The notes under the pieces: model-generated | Told to the model about the DNA's origin: nothing | Databases searched by the model: none | Seen by the model: only the letters and a program-made list of their open reading frames with translations | Made by a program: the position numbers and the translations under genes | Origin: Eledone cirrhosa | Lineage: Eukaryota | Reading direction: 5' to 3' | DNA length: 64,000 nucleotides | Assembly: GCA_964016885.1 (NCBI GenBank) | Contig: OZ024755.1 | Coordinates: 2,480,001 to 2,544,000, forward strand | Shown: positions 1 through 15,730 of the stretch, in pieces | Layout of the letters: the number at the start of each line of letters is the position of its first letter | Position numbering within the stretch: position 1 is the stretch's first letter

Positions 1-455
1 GCAACTCAAGAGTTTGAAATTGAACTAAAGCAAATGAGAAGGGAGTATGTCGGAATCCTTTTGAGAAATTCCTGCAAGATAGTAAATAGGCTTTGCATCG
101 GAACGGCAATTTGAATAACACGTTTATGTGAACGCATGATTGAAGGCGACATTGTGACAGAGAGTGAACCTTATGGAAATCATGTCAATGTGCCAAGAAT
201 TAAACTGCGACCTTCTGACACCACTGCGCCTTTCACTCTTACAAACTTGTAGCGCACACTTTCTGTGGCTTTCGCTATGACAATCAAATGTCAACAATAG
301 TAATTGAATAAAATATCTCTTTTCTTTCCAACTGATCGATTTGTGCATGGAAAATTCCATGTAACTCCGTCAAGAACTACACATGTTGATTCAGATATAG
401 TGACAATGTTGAATGTATCAACAACATAGGGAAGAGTGAAGTCTATCCTTGGTAA
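1..455 (+). mobile_element. Helitron Rep/helicase remnant (PIF1-like helicase C-terminus, pseudogenised; runs off window start)
   Basis: Frame +1 reads ILLRN..NRLCIGT..IEGDIVT..GNHVNVPRIKLRPSDTTAPF..AFAMTIK..FVHGKFHVTPSR, colinear with Helitron motifs LLRNL/GLCNGT/IPRIxLxP/FAMTINKSQG/FSHGQLYVAxSR; several in-frame stops. Confidence 0.85.
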
Positions 456-554
456 ACCTATTTTAATTGTTACATCATCGGAATTAAGTTATATAAACAT
501 ACTGATATTGTTATATATATCTAACCGTTTATTAACCATCGTTGATCATGCTTA

Positions 555-688
555 CCATCTGCCGAGGTTAGATTTGACTTTCATCTTACGGGCTCGACAA
601 AATAAAGTACCAGTCATACACTGGTCTGGATTTAATCGATTTTACCCTGCCCCAAAGTTGCAGGCCTTGTGCCTAAATAAGAAACCAT
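555..688 (+). mobile_element. tRNA-derived SINE family A, 5'-truncated
   Basis: Core ctttcatcttacgggctcgacaaaataaagtaccagt and tail ggccttgtgcctaaataagaaacc, shared with about 20 other copies. The core resembles the MetaSINE central domain (recalled, not searched). Confidence 0.75.
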
Positions 689-689
689 C

Positions 690-990
690 ACGCACAGAGA
701 CACACACACGCAATTCCATATGTATATATACACACACACAGATACACACACATATATATATATATATATGCATTTCCATACGCATATATACACACACAGA
801 TATACACACATGCATATTCATACGCTTATATACATACAGATATATACACATGTAATTCTATTCACATATCTACACACATATACACATGTAATTCTATTCG
901 CATATATACACACAGATATATACACATGTAATTCAATTCGCATATATACACACAGAGATACACACATGCATTGCCATACGCTTATATATT
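690..990. repeat. Degenerate ~40-bp minisatellite built on TA/CA repeats
   Basis: Recurring cgcatatatacacacagatata..cacatg(t/c)aatt unit, about 7 copies. Confidence 0.7.
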
Positions 991-1406
991 TTATTAAATA
1001 TTTTTTACGTTATTCTTACTTGATAATACTCTATCTATATTTATAATTCTCTCTATTTCCTGATCACTTGAAAGTTTGGCTCACATTCTAATTTAAAAGA
1101 TTAAATGGAAAATACAAGAAACACAAAAACGAAATTTACCATAAGCTAGGCAAGGCGGTGTCGAGATACCGAATGAAAATGCATGACTCTAGCAACAGAC
1201 GGAAGTAAAAGGAAAATATACAAACAAATAAACAAACGAACATAAAAGGAACTGACGTCTCCCCCACCAACCTACAATCTATTATCTATTTATGTACGAT
1301 AGACATAACTTTATAAGAGACATTGCAAAAGACAAAGGCAGCATTCCCAAGAAGCATGAGGTGAATTAAAAGGCGTTATATGGATATTATATACATACAT
1401 ATTTAC

Positions 1407-1458
<52 letters not shown>

Positions 1459-2134
1459 GTGTGTGATGGGTATATATATATGTATATATATATATGTATG
1501 TATATTTATATATATGAGTATATATGTGTATATATATATATATATATATGTGTGTGTATATATGTATGTATATTTATATATATGTGTGTATATATGTATG
1601 TATATATGTGTGTGTGTGTGTGAGTGTATATGTATGTATGGATATATATATATATATTTATATATGTGTGTAAATGCATTATGAACCTACGTGTGTGTGT
1701 GTGTGTGTGATTAGTATACAAGTATACGGTGATAATGCAATGGTGGAAGGGAGAATGGCTAAGACAGGACTCAGTGAGGAGAAAAGATAAAAATGTGTAA
1801 AATAAGTAAATAGAGAACAATGTAACTGAATACTGGGTTTTTAAAAAAACTGACTATGATGGTGGGAAAGGTTGGGGGGGGGGGAATGATGAATAGGATT
1901 TATCTGTAAGTGAAACGCTCTGAGAGAATGAATGTAGATTAAAATGATAGATTGAGAAAGAAATTGAAATATATATATATTTGTGTCTGTATTTATATAT
2001 ACGCATATATACTGTATATATACTGTATATATACTCACACACACATTTATATATATATATATATATAACGTGCAAAAAAAATGTTGTCAGCAAGTTTTTG
2101 CCCCTCCTGTACATATCACAAAGAAAATATGTGC

Positions 2135-3110
2135 ATATACATACATACATACACACATATATATACACATATATATACACACATATATATATACACATAT
2201 ACACATATATACATATATATATACACATATATACATATATATATACACATATATACATATATATATACACATATATACATATATATATACACATATATAT
2301 ACACATATATACACATATATATACACATATATACATATATATATATACACATATATACATATACATATATACACATATATACATATACATATATACACAT
2401 ATATACATATATATATACACATATATACATATATATACATATACACATATATACACATATATACACATATATATACACATATACACATATATACACATAT
2501 ATATACACATATATACACATATATACATATATATATACACATATATACACATATATACATATATATATACACATATATACATATATATATACACATATAT
2601 ACACATATATACATATACACATATATACATATATATATACACATATATACATATATATATACATATACATATACACATATACACATATATATATACATAT
2701 ACACATATACATACATATACATATACATACATATATACATACATATATACATACATATATATATATACATATATATATATACATATATACATACACATAT
2801 ATACATACACATATATACATACATATATACATACATATATACATATATATACATATATATACATATATACATATATATATACATATATATACATATATAT
2901 ACATATATATACATATATATACATATATATACATATATATACATATATATACATATATATACATATATACATATATATACATATATATACATATATACAT
3001 ATATATACATATACATATACATACATATACATATACATACATATACATATATATACATATATATACATATACATGTGTGTGTGTGCATATATATATATAT
3101 ATATATTATA
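2135..3110. repeat. Compound (TA)n/(TACA) microsatellite array, ~1 kb
   Basis: Read directly; source of the YI/HT/MC-rich ORFs. Confidence 0.97.
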
Positions 3111-3339
3111 TAGATACATACATGTGTATATTTAATCGCGCGTGTACACGTGTGTGTGTGTGTATGTGCATGTGTATTTGTATGTCGGCATATGTGTAGA
3201 TGTATGTGTGTGTGTGTGTGCTTGTGTATGGATGCTGCGTGTGTGTACATACACGGGTGGAAACTGATAGTTTTAAGAGGACTTCACGAAATTATCGCAC
3301 ACACACCCTCCCCCCGGTGATACACTTTCCAATAACTGA

Positions 3340-4150
3340 CGGACACTGAATCAATAACTTCATCTTGCTTCGGAGAAACTGAGTACCGAGGAAGGTGTTG
3401 GTCAGTTTTCCAGGGTTTATATCTATTAGGCCCCAAGGAGCAGTGACCTTTAAAATAGCGACAGAATAGGCATATTGAAGAGAGAGTGCACCCAGTGGCT
3501 TCATCAAGTGGCGTGTTTGTGCCTGATTAAGAGACAGATCCTTTTCCCTTTGGATATGCTGTATAGATGTGTGAAGCAGCCCCTATGTGTGTAGTAGCCC
3601 CTATGTGTGTAGTAGCCCCTATGTGTGTAGTAGCCCCTATGTGTGTAGTAGCCCCTATGTGTGTAGTAGCCCCTATGTGTGTAGTAGCACCTATGTGTGT
3701 AGTAGCACCTATGTGTGTAGTCTGTCGACATTTTTCTTCATTCGAGGAGAATGTAATAATCTCTGGCTATGAAGATTATCGCTAATATTTTGTGCGTTGA
3801 TTTTCAGTATCATGAATTTTAGCTAGTTGGTTTTGCCCTTGAAATCTGTCCAGCGATTCTTTCCCGAGATATTCTAACCACAAGCCCCTAGTATCGGAGC
3901 TGTGATCTCTCAATTCACAGAAGTAGCGGCTCTACCCGGAGTGTTTCTCTCATCTCCAAGTTACGCACTTCATCGAGTTACGTTACTCCAATGTCCGTTC
4001 GGATGAATCTCATTTCGGCCTATTGTAGACCCCCCCAGCCGGATCAGCTGGAGATGGTTGCTTTTGACAGGATCCGCTGGAGGGAGTGTTTGAAGACTCT
4101 TCCCCCACGACCTTCTCAGGAATAAGTGGGCGAAGAAGACGAATGTTAGA
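3340..4150 (-). mobile_element. Decayed RTE-like LINE 5' region / APE endonuclease remnant
   Basis: Minus-strand pieces in the expected APE order across frameshifts: DIGVTxLDEVR, EKHSG, FMILKI, TFSSNEEK, LYSISKGKRICLL, APWGLIDINPG..LTNTF. The 5' part is similar to 27860-27990. Confidence 0.5.
3578..3722. repeat. 18-bp minisatellite (gcccctatgtgtgtagta) x~8
   Basis: Direct tandem copies; the last two carry a c>a change. Confidence 0.95.
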
Positions 4151-5269
4151 TAACCAAGATTGGTCAGGGAATATTGAGACTATTAAGAATTGTAGATAAA
4201 CTGGAAATGTCTTTGCAAACATTATTTCTATGATAAACTTAATAATTGCCGTGTTTGTACTGGTAAAAGAGATTTAATTGTTTAGCTTCCATTGTAATGT
4301 ATTTGTATCTATCTACGGACAGAAGAAGAAGAGATTTGGTGTGAGATGTCTCTCGGCTCCATGTTAATAGCGACTGTGTGTGGAAGATTAGAGAGAAGTA
4401 AAGAACGTTGTTGTTTGAATACGAGTTGGTGTTGATAGATGTTACAGTTAGTAGTTGGTTAATGTGTTGGAGATGACTGTAAATAAGTTGTTGCTAATGG
4501 TTAGATTAGGTCAGCTTTGGTTGAGCAGACCTGTGATCAGATGCAATTCGTCCATCATCAGCCTATCATATTTTCACACACAGTGCATCCACATTATCTA
4601 ATACGTTATGCCAGGTAGAGTAACCGTGTAGAGGTCATCCAATGAATTATTAGGTCGTTAAGAGTCATTAATAGAGTCGCTCATTAATGTGAGAATTTCT
4701 TCAACGTAGGTTTTAGAATAGCATTATTGAAGCTTAACAACTGTTCAGAGCTGAAGATTTTCCCTACTCAAAATAGAAATTGTAATGATTATGTTGCAGT
4801 TCTCGAAATGGGAGACAAACACCCACCTGCAATTTATAGCTAGAAATAGCAATTTCAAATAGCTTTAACTAGATGCAAAATACTCACATTACGTATAATA
4901 CAGTTGAGATATGAAATAAAAAATATATATCTTTGTAAAGGTGGATTGTGAAGGCCAGGTTTTCAAATTATCAATATATACAAATAAATACATGATAGAG
5001 TATTTAATTGGAAACCTAAGGTTCTAAAACCCTTCGCTAAATACACACAAGAGTAGAACAGGATTCGATCTCGGATATCTGTAATTTACTATATTCTATC
5101 TATTGTATCGACCCTCTGGCATTTCAACTGCTTACACCGCTTCCTAATAATTCATTAGTCACTAAAACTGTTCCTCATACACCCCTTCCTTTACTTTCTT
5201 CTCTCTTCTATCCTAATCTTAATGCTCACCCTTTCCTTCTATTTCCCCTCTCCCTTCTCTTCCCTCATA

Positions 5270-5470
5270 ACCCCTCCTAGGGCTACCTCCCTACTCACTG
5301 CCATAGGCGCTGAGCTGGCCACCAGTCGCAGTTGTGAGCCTCGCGAGCTGGAATGGCTTTTCCAGCGTGTCTCCCTTGCCGTCCTCCAGGGAAACGCTTT
5401 CTCTATTCTGTCTGCCGGGGCTGTGGGGAGGCCACCAATATGATTGACTCACTTGTCATTTTATCAGTCA
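5270..5470 (+). mobile_element. CRE-clade non-LTR retrotransposon 3' end
   Basis: EPRELEWLFQRVSLAVLQGNAFSILSAG matches the CRE-type C-terminal FQRxSxAxQRGNA motif; 3' UTR (acttgtcatttta) shared with 37515-37653. Confidence 0.8.
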
Positions 5471-5813
5471 GATGTTCTGTACTATCATTGAACAGAACAG
5501 TTACTTCTCATACTACTCACGGAGACTATGAAAAATGTAACATTCAGATTATTTATATTTTCTTCTCGACCCCTTCTATTCCTTCTCTACTAACAATGCT
5601 ATTTTGACCCTATAGAGCGAACAATGAAATCTTCACCCATGTCAATGGTCAAAGAAAAGTTGTTCCACATCACAACACAAAATGATAGTATAAAATTCTT
5701 CAACCCCATCCCCTCTCTTCCTAACTTTCTCTACTTTTTACTTTAGCTTATTGCATTGTCTTTTGTTTTATTCTCGTTTTATTTTATTCCTAAAAGGTAA
5801 ATACTATTTTTAA

Positions 5814-6034
5814 CCCTTTAGCATTTACATTACTCTATATATACTATTGTATTTTTGTGATAAAGGCTTTGTCTTACATAATTATCTCACATGATCTCGA
5901 ATCTACGAGATGTTGATGTTATTTATTTTGAGAACAATATCTTAAAGCCACTATGTGAGGTTGATTATGGCTGGTTTGAACAGAAAGAGGTGAGAGAATT
6001 CTGGCTAGATATGGCCACTTTAAATGCTAAAGGG
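5814..6034. mobile_element. piggyBac-type MITE
   Basis: 14-bp TIRs CCCTTTAGCATTTA / TAAATGCTAAAGGG flanked on both sides by TTAA (5810-5813, 6035-6038). Confidence 0.85.
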
Positions 6035-6444
6035 TTAAATCGACCAACATAAAACCCAACTCAAAGGGGAAAGGACATTACCACAACCAACCCTATGCTT
6101 TCTGATGACGTGTGAAAAGTAATTGAGTATTGCATATGATTGAACAATATATATTGTAGTCAACATATGTAGACTATTATAAAAGACACAGGAACATATG
6201 TTAAAGCCAATAAATTCTTCTATAGCGCCTCTCGCCGAAGTCTATATGTTTTATGGTGCTACATTTGCTTATAATATATACGCCGTGGTCTCCGCTAGAC
6301 AAATATACTATATTTCCCAACTTGGATACATATGATATACGAATCGAAGGATACCGTAGAGTAAGAATTGGCAAGCAGTTATCTTGGTTAAGCATTCATT
6401 CTTGATATACATAAACAAAACCTTATCTATCCTCACACACACAC

Positions 6445-6777
<333 letters not shown>

Positions 6778-7622
6778 ACACGTTTATGAATAAAAATGTC
6801 GGTAAAAAGTCAGAAATGAAATAGAACATTTTAAAACGAATAATGTAGAAAAGAGGGGGGAAAAAACAAAGAATATTAATTTAAAACCTAATAAAAAAAC
6901 TTCTGTGATGTAAAGAAATGTCACTTCGAAATAATCTTAAAATATTTCAAATATGTAAAAAAAAAAAAAAAGAAAAAGAAACTTTAATGCATATATTCAA
7001 GTTTGTTTGGGTAATCTTAAATGTTTAATACCTTTACTGTTTTAGTAATTTTACTTTTGTGGGGTTTTTTTTATATCTTTTCCTTAGTTTTTTTTATTTC
7101 GTATATACGCTTTGTTTACCGATTTAAATCCGAATATTTGCTTTGCCTACATGATATTCTCCGAATTCTATGCATTTTCATTGCTAATATTAGACTCAAC
7201 GAATAATGATATGCATATATATTGTATTAAAATGAAGCAAAGCTGCAAACAAACCCATATATGTACGTACATATATATATATATATATATATATACGTAC
7301 ATATATATATATATATACGTACAAATATATATATATATACGTACAAATATATATATATATACGTACATATATATATATATATACGTACAAATATATATAT
7401 ATATATTAGGTTGTAACATTCCCGACGTTTTTTATATTAAACAAATTATAACAACGGCAGGAATTTATGTTACAACCCAATATATATATATATACGTGCG
7501 TGCGTGCGTGCGTGCGTGCGTGTGTGTATGCTTTCTCTCAACCCTAGGTTGTCCTCAATTTTCATTTTTACACACACCTGTATTGTTTTCTCTCTTGAAT
7601 GTAACATATTCTCTGTTTTCCA

Positions 7623-7660
7623 GTCATCTGATGAAGAGCTAGTGTCCGAAACGTTATGAC
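7623..7660 (+). ncRNA. Minimal type-I hammerhead ribozyme motif (Penelope-like pLTR type)
   Basis: gtcat-CTGATGA-agagctagtgtcc-GAAAC-GTT-atgac: 5-bp stem I, intact core boxes, imperfect stem II. Confidence 0.65.
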
Positions 7661-8561
7661 CATTTCCTACGTGTCCCACTCGATATATTCTAACCCTTCG
7701 AACTTGAACTATATACAAATGAGCAAACAACAAAATGTTTTTTTTCTTTTCAAACGTCTCTAAATATGAATCTATTATGGTCTCTATATCCGTACCAAGT
7801 GATGACCTGACGATTATTTGACAATTCTGAAACATGTCTTTGTTGTGCTCACATATCTACCGACGTAGCTTGGATATGTTCACTGATGCTAGGTATGTAT
7901 TTCATACGTAAATATATTGTTTATATATATATTCATATATATCTGTTGATTTGAATCACACGGTGGTAGTTCTACTGCAAGTCTCCCTCTCCCCCCCCCC
8001 CTCTCTCTCTCATGTAAAGACCGGTAGTGATGGTGGGATGCAAAAATATGGGGAGTACTCCATGCATAGGAAGAAGCAGAGTAGATATAGAGGAAGGTAA
8101 AAACATGACCACGTGTCCTAGCCGTTTCGTCTCGTATTCGACAAGGGTGTATACACTCCGCCGTGTGTGTTACAAATATGTGTATGTTTCTATGTTCGTG
8201 TGTGCGCACTTGTGAGTAAGTATTGCGTGTTGTGTGCATAGGTTTAAATGCAATGTTAAGAAGTTGAAGTATTGGACATATTATGAGATTAGTATATTTC
8301 TCTCTATCACACCATCATTCCATCATTGACCCCCCCCCCCCCCTCCATTGCAACAGCACTCAACCATTTTCTACGTTTTCCTCTCACATACTTTTCCTTT
8401 CTCTCTATTTCATTCTTCCATCACTTTCCTTTATATCATCGCCTCTAGGTAAACGATGATAGACAGTCGAAGGAAATAATCCATCGTACTCAAATTATAT
8501 TCCATCCAGCATTATACATCTTCTAGTCAATAGCTACTTATTTCGACAGACACAAACATGG

Positions 8562-10765
<2,204 letters not shown>

Positions 10766-10814
10766 TTTATCTGCTATATTGCAGCTACACCTACGATTTA
10801 TACATTGTGTTCGC

Positions 10815-11012
10815 TGAGTCGGTAAAGTGTCAGACATGCTTAATGGCATAGAGTCACAACCCTTTACGTTCTGAGTTCACATCCCACCGAGGTTAGCTTT
10901 GCCTTTCATCCTTATGGGATCGATGAAATAAAGTACCAGTAATGCACTGGGCTCTATTTAATCGACTTTCCCCTCGCCCAAAATTGCTGGCCTTGTGCCT
11001 AAATGAGAAACT
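10815..11012 (+). mobile_element. SINE family A, near full length (long variant)
   Basis: tRNA-like head with degenerate B box (gagttcacatccc), core gcctttcatccttatgggatcgat, tail ggccttgtgcctaaatgagaaac. Confidence 0.85.
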
Positions 11013-11102
11013 TATGTGAAATTAATAAACATTCGTTGTACCCTCTCTGTTTTGTCCCTGTTCAAATTTTTCCATTATATATATATATATATATATATAT
11101 AT

Positions 11103-11299
11103 AACAAAGGAATTGTGGTAAGGAACCAGATGGACCATAACGCACCAGAGTACTCAATACTTAGGGTAGTAGAGTGGGTAATAAGAACAAGTATGACCCC
11201 GACGGCAGAGCTCAAGCCGTTTCGACGGCTATTTCTGGAATCCAGAAATAGCCGTCGAAACGGCTTGAGCTCTGCCGTCGGGGTCATACTTTTTCCTAT
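11103..11299 (-). mobile_element. (TA)n-embedded fold-back element, copy 1 (probable Penelope-like pLTR end)
   Basis: Perfect ~51-bp-arm palindrome aagtatgacccc...ctgga-a-tccag...ggggtcatactt plus ~80-bp single-copy tail; (TA)n on both sides; near-identical copy at 39245-39440. Confidence 0.75.
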
Positions 11300-11390
11300 A
11301 TATATATAGCTTTGATAGTTTTGGGCCACTATTGACCTTGGCAATAGTGGCACCCGGCGTAGTGTTTCACTAAGTCAATGTTAGAAAATA

Positions 11391-11511
11391 ATTGTTTCTA
11401 CTTTTGGCACAAGGCCAGCAATTACCCAGTGTATTACTGGTACTTTATTTTATCGAGTACCAGTAATACATTGGGTAATTGCTGGCCTTGTGCCAAAAAT
11501 TAGAAAATAAT
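11391..11511. mobile_element. Head-to-head palindrome of two SINE family A 3' halves
   Basis: attgtttctacttttggcacaaggccagcaattacccagtgtattactggtact ... agtaccagtaatacattgggtaattgctggccttgtgccaaaaattagaaaataat. Confidence 0.85.
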
Positions 11512-11647
11512 GTGATTATTATGTAATACATATTTGCAGACTACTAACACGCTGGTACTGCTACTAATGTCCGCTTTATGTAAATAGGATATATCGGGTT
11601 AAGAAGGTCCCAAATTATAATTTAACCTTGGAGTATACATGATATAT

Positions 11648-11900
11648 ATGAGTGTGGGTTGGACAGTTCACAAGCTGACTATGAAGGATGCTAAAGCTGT
11701 AAAATCTTGCTTGCATTAATTTCAAATCTTATATTAATAACTAACTGCATTGTTTCTTTCCAAGAACTATGTTGAAGAATAGGACTCATTTGGTCATTCC
11801 ATGAGAGAACTTGGTCAACTAATAGACTCTTCTGACCTTCCTGGCTTGTTGTTGAGATCGCCGTAAAGACTGAAACTGTCCCAGCAAATCCTTATATTTT
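11648..11900 (+). mobile_element. Mariner-like non-autonomous element end
   Basis: Reverse-complement similarity to 22420-22642 (gctgactatgaaggat, aactgcattgtttctttccaag, ctatgttga). Confidence 0.55.
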
Positions 11901-12183
11901 TCAGCACGGCAAGACAGTAAAAAGACAATTGTTCACAATTGGCCAGTGTATTTAATTAGGTGCAATTAACACACGCGCTGTTGGATGAAATATATGGGTT
12001 TAATCTAAAATGGTTTATAACATCAAAGAGAAACATTGGTATCACGTCGATAATTCATTAACAGTGGGGAATATAATATTAATGCTAATCTGAATATCAG
12101 ATTAAATAAATCCTTTAATAACAGTATCGGCTGAGTTGTTGAGGGCATCTCGGGAATCAAGGATTTCACTGCAGGTCATAATT

Positions 12184-12230
<47 letters not shown>

Positions 12231-12289
12231 TAACGAAGATCGCTGTGTATTAAGTCAACGTCCTCCGGCCATAAATACACACATATATG

Positions 12290-12525
12290 TATGTATATAT
12301 AATATATATATAATATATATATAATATATATATAATATATATATAATATATATATAATATATATATAATATATATATAATATATATATAATATATATACA
12401 ATATATATATAATATATATACAATATATATATAATATATATACAATATATATATAATATATATATAATATATATATATGTTTATATATATAATATATATA
12501 TATATTTATATATATAATATATATT
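12290..12525. repeat. (TATATATATAA)n-type microsatellite
   Basis: Read directly. Confidence 0.9.
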
Positions 12526-13256
12526 ATGGATCACTTCTCTGCGCCCACGCACTTCTCCACCTCACTCAATCTTTTCTATATTTCACCTGCCTGTCGTGCA
12601 CCTTGTGGATTGCCTCTCTGTTGACCTCTAAGGCCATTTTGCCCACCCATTTACCGGTTTCAACAGCTGTCCTAGAGACGATGAGATTTCTCATCTTTAC
12701 ATGTATTAAAATATTCTCCCTTCGTCTCAATCAGAGGCAACATTTTTTTGTGGGTCTTTATTTCATTTATATAATTTAATTAATATATTAAAAAAAAAAA
12801 AAACATTGAGAACAATTATGAGAATATCATTGCCATCCGACCCAGAAATTAATTAATACTTTTTCATCCAACCAGTAATACCACTTTGAACCAACGTAAA
12901 GAGAGAATTCTAAAATAATCACTCAAATTTTTGTCAAATTAAGATGGCCACTGTAAAAGAATGTCACATGTTATATAGCGTATTTATACATTTAAAACAA
13001 ATAGACGTACAAGTCATGGACGGAGTGACTCTGATCATATGTCTGCTCCATCATGTTTGGCCTCGAAATAAACAACAACCATCATCGCAATGATGATGAT
13101 AATCACTACCACCATAACCACAACAACCATCACCTCTACAACACCAACCTCAAGACTGCAGTGTCACAGCCACATCATAACACCCAATACAGATCCCCAG
13201 AGCCAGAATATTCAATTAAATTATATATACATAGACATACATATATATACATAGAA

Positions 13257-13308
<52 letters not shown>

Positions 13309-14091
13309 CTCACCTCACACGCAACTCATCCCTCCGATAAAAGATTTTCAAGGCTGGATTATCTTATCAATCAGCTCATGTCAGGACGGCTTAACTGGGC
13401 TAAGGTTCAAATCTCACATGGGGATTAAGCACTGCCATCTTAAATCTCCTCTTCGCTCCGACATTAGATAGTAAAGAAAATAAAAAGTCCAACAGCTAAT
13501 ATATAATGAATATAGTGATGCTTAGCAGTTATTGTAGCAGAGGCAGTGATGCCTGTGTTGTTGGAGCTGGGATGGAAATGGTGATAGAAGAGGTGGTGTG
13601 ACTAGTAATAATCATGGTTGTGGCGATGCTGATGATGGTGATGTATCTAGTGTATTTATTAGTGATGATGAGTGTGGGGGTTAAAGCAATGATTGTGATG
13701 GTTGTAAAACTACAAGTAATAGGTTTAGTTTTGGTGGTATTGATGATGACTTAGATGGTGATGTTGGCGGTAGTGGTGGAGTGTGGAGTTGTTCTTAGCA
13801 CAGGTTATGGTAGTGGTGCTTACTGTGAAGTGGTTGGGTGTAGTATCTGAGATGTTGATACTCGTAGTTATGGTGGTATTATTGGCAGTATGATATCGGT
13901 AGTGTTGTTGTTGCTGTTGTTGGTACTAGTGATGTTACTGGTAGTTGGAGAGATGGCGGTTGTCTCACTAAAAGAGTGATTGTGATAATATCGCAGGGGT
14001 TGTTAGTTAGAACTAGCACTAATTAGAGTTGTGGAGATAGCAGTAAGTATAATGATGATGGTGGTGATGGTAGATGCTCTTTGTAGTCATA

Positions 14092-14290
14092 TTGTTTAGC
14101 ACCAAGGCATAACTGATCAAATAGAATTATGTTCAAAGGCCCCCAGTCATAACCATCCAATCTCTCCAATATATAAGAAACAGTGGGTCACATTACACGA
14201 AGTATTTATAAGAGAGCAGGTGTGATTTGAGGGCAATGTGGTTGCTATTTCTAGAAGGTAAAGCCACTATACGGATGCATTCGTTCAGGT
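14092..14290 (+). repeat. Unclassified old dispersed repeat family
   Basis: Motif chain ttgtttagc..gatcaaatagaattatgttcaaaggc..gtgatttgaggg..gctatttctag recurs degenerately near 4490-4620, 12930-13085(-), 23700-23960, 28900-29060, 42840-42900(-) and 56640-56760. Confidence 0.5.
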
Positions 14291-14455
14291 GTGGCAGTTA
14301 TACTAAAAGTGTTAGTGGTTGGGAGTTCTCTGAATTGGGATGCAATATTACCTGCATAACTGGTCTTGACTTCCTTTTCCCCCCAACAATTCCCACTTTA
14401 TTCTATAGGTCACCCTAGACCTGCCAGTTTTTAGCAAACATGACTGACGAGTCTA

Positions 14456-14760
14456 AAATCAATCGGCTGGAATTTATAGACTATATAGTGTTACTTAACT
14501 CAATAGAAGTTGATCTCTGGTAGACTTGATGCTGAGTGCTGCTTGGCTGGCGTGTAAATCAGTGCTACGAAAACTGAGGCACTCATCCTCTCAAGGAAGC
14601 CTGCACAGTGAACGCTGCATGTGAATAGAGTTCAACTGAAGCAGATAGAGAAGTTCAAGTATCTCGAGGCCGTGTTCACGAGTGATGGAAGGTAGGGGGG
14701 GGGGATTAAGTGCAAGAATAGCAGGGGGTGGTGCAGTAATTGAAGCCCTCAAGCTGCTGC
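14456..14760 (+). mobile_element. RTE-clade (Expander/Rex3-like) reverse transcriptase remnant
   Basis: KINRLEFIDYIVLL (decayed FADD) ..AECCLAGV*ISATKTEALILSRKP..LKQIEKFKYLEAVFTSDGR..ARIAGGGAVIEAL; stops and frameshifts present. Confidence 0.85.
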
Positions 14761-15455
14761 CATGCTGGTGTACCAAAAAATAGTAATCTACGAAATCGTT
14801 CGACATTCTCAAAATAGTAGCCACAAACAACCTTTCTCGAAACACATACTAGCTTTCCATCACCCCACCTCCGAAAATTTTAAAATAAATGACTCATTGG
14901 ATAATGTAGTCCTACATTTTCTGTCTAAAACAGACGGGATTGCCACAGAAGGGAGACTTTTCATCATAAATATTGTGATGCACGATTGACCTGGGTGTAA
15001 ACACCAAAAACATCCACTTCCCAAATAAAAGAAGAGAAAAAAACAAGCCAATAATAAAGACAACACTATCAGTATCCCTAACAAAGAGAAAACATTCCTA
15101 GTAGAAGCAAGAAAACTAAGAACAAAATAGCTATTGATATCAAAATACAGGAATATATTTGCATATATTGACATTTAAAATGTGGCTCTTCCCAGGAATA
15201 TATAGGAACCATGATAAAATGATATAATATATATATGTATATATATATATGTGTGTGTGTGTATATGTGTGTGTGTTCACAAACACGCACATAAGACACA
15301 TATATATATGTGTGTGTTAGGGGGGGGGTGTACATTTACAGATAAACTGTATATATATATATATATATATATATATGTAGGTACCCAAACACACGCGTGG
15401 CACACATACAAAAACATATAGTCGCACATACATATGTATACATAAACATACACAC

Positions 15456-15730
15456 ATGTATGTATGTATGTATGTATGTATGTATGTATGTATGTATGTA
15501 TGTATGTATGTATGTATGTATGTATGTATGTATGTATGTATGTATGTATGTATGTATGTATGTATGTATGTATGTATGTATGTATGTATGTATGTATGTA
15601 TGTATGTATGTATGTATGTATGTATGTATGTATGTATGTATGTATGTATGTATGTATGTATGTATGTATGTATGTATGTATGTATGTATGTATGTATGTA
15701 TGTATGTATGTATGTATGTATGTATGTATG
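15456..15730. repeat. Perfect (TATG)n microsatellite
   Basis: Read directly. Confidence 0.98.

Noticed and set aside
1854-3250. Long YI/HT/MC-rich ORFs (also 8527-10733, 45032-45910, 47276-49751)
   Set aside because: Stop-free translations of TA/CA microsatellites, open in several frames on both strands.
3578-3722. CRISPR-like array (also 44180 and 54874)
   Set aside because: No unique spacers; simple tandem repeats in eukaryotic DNA.
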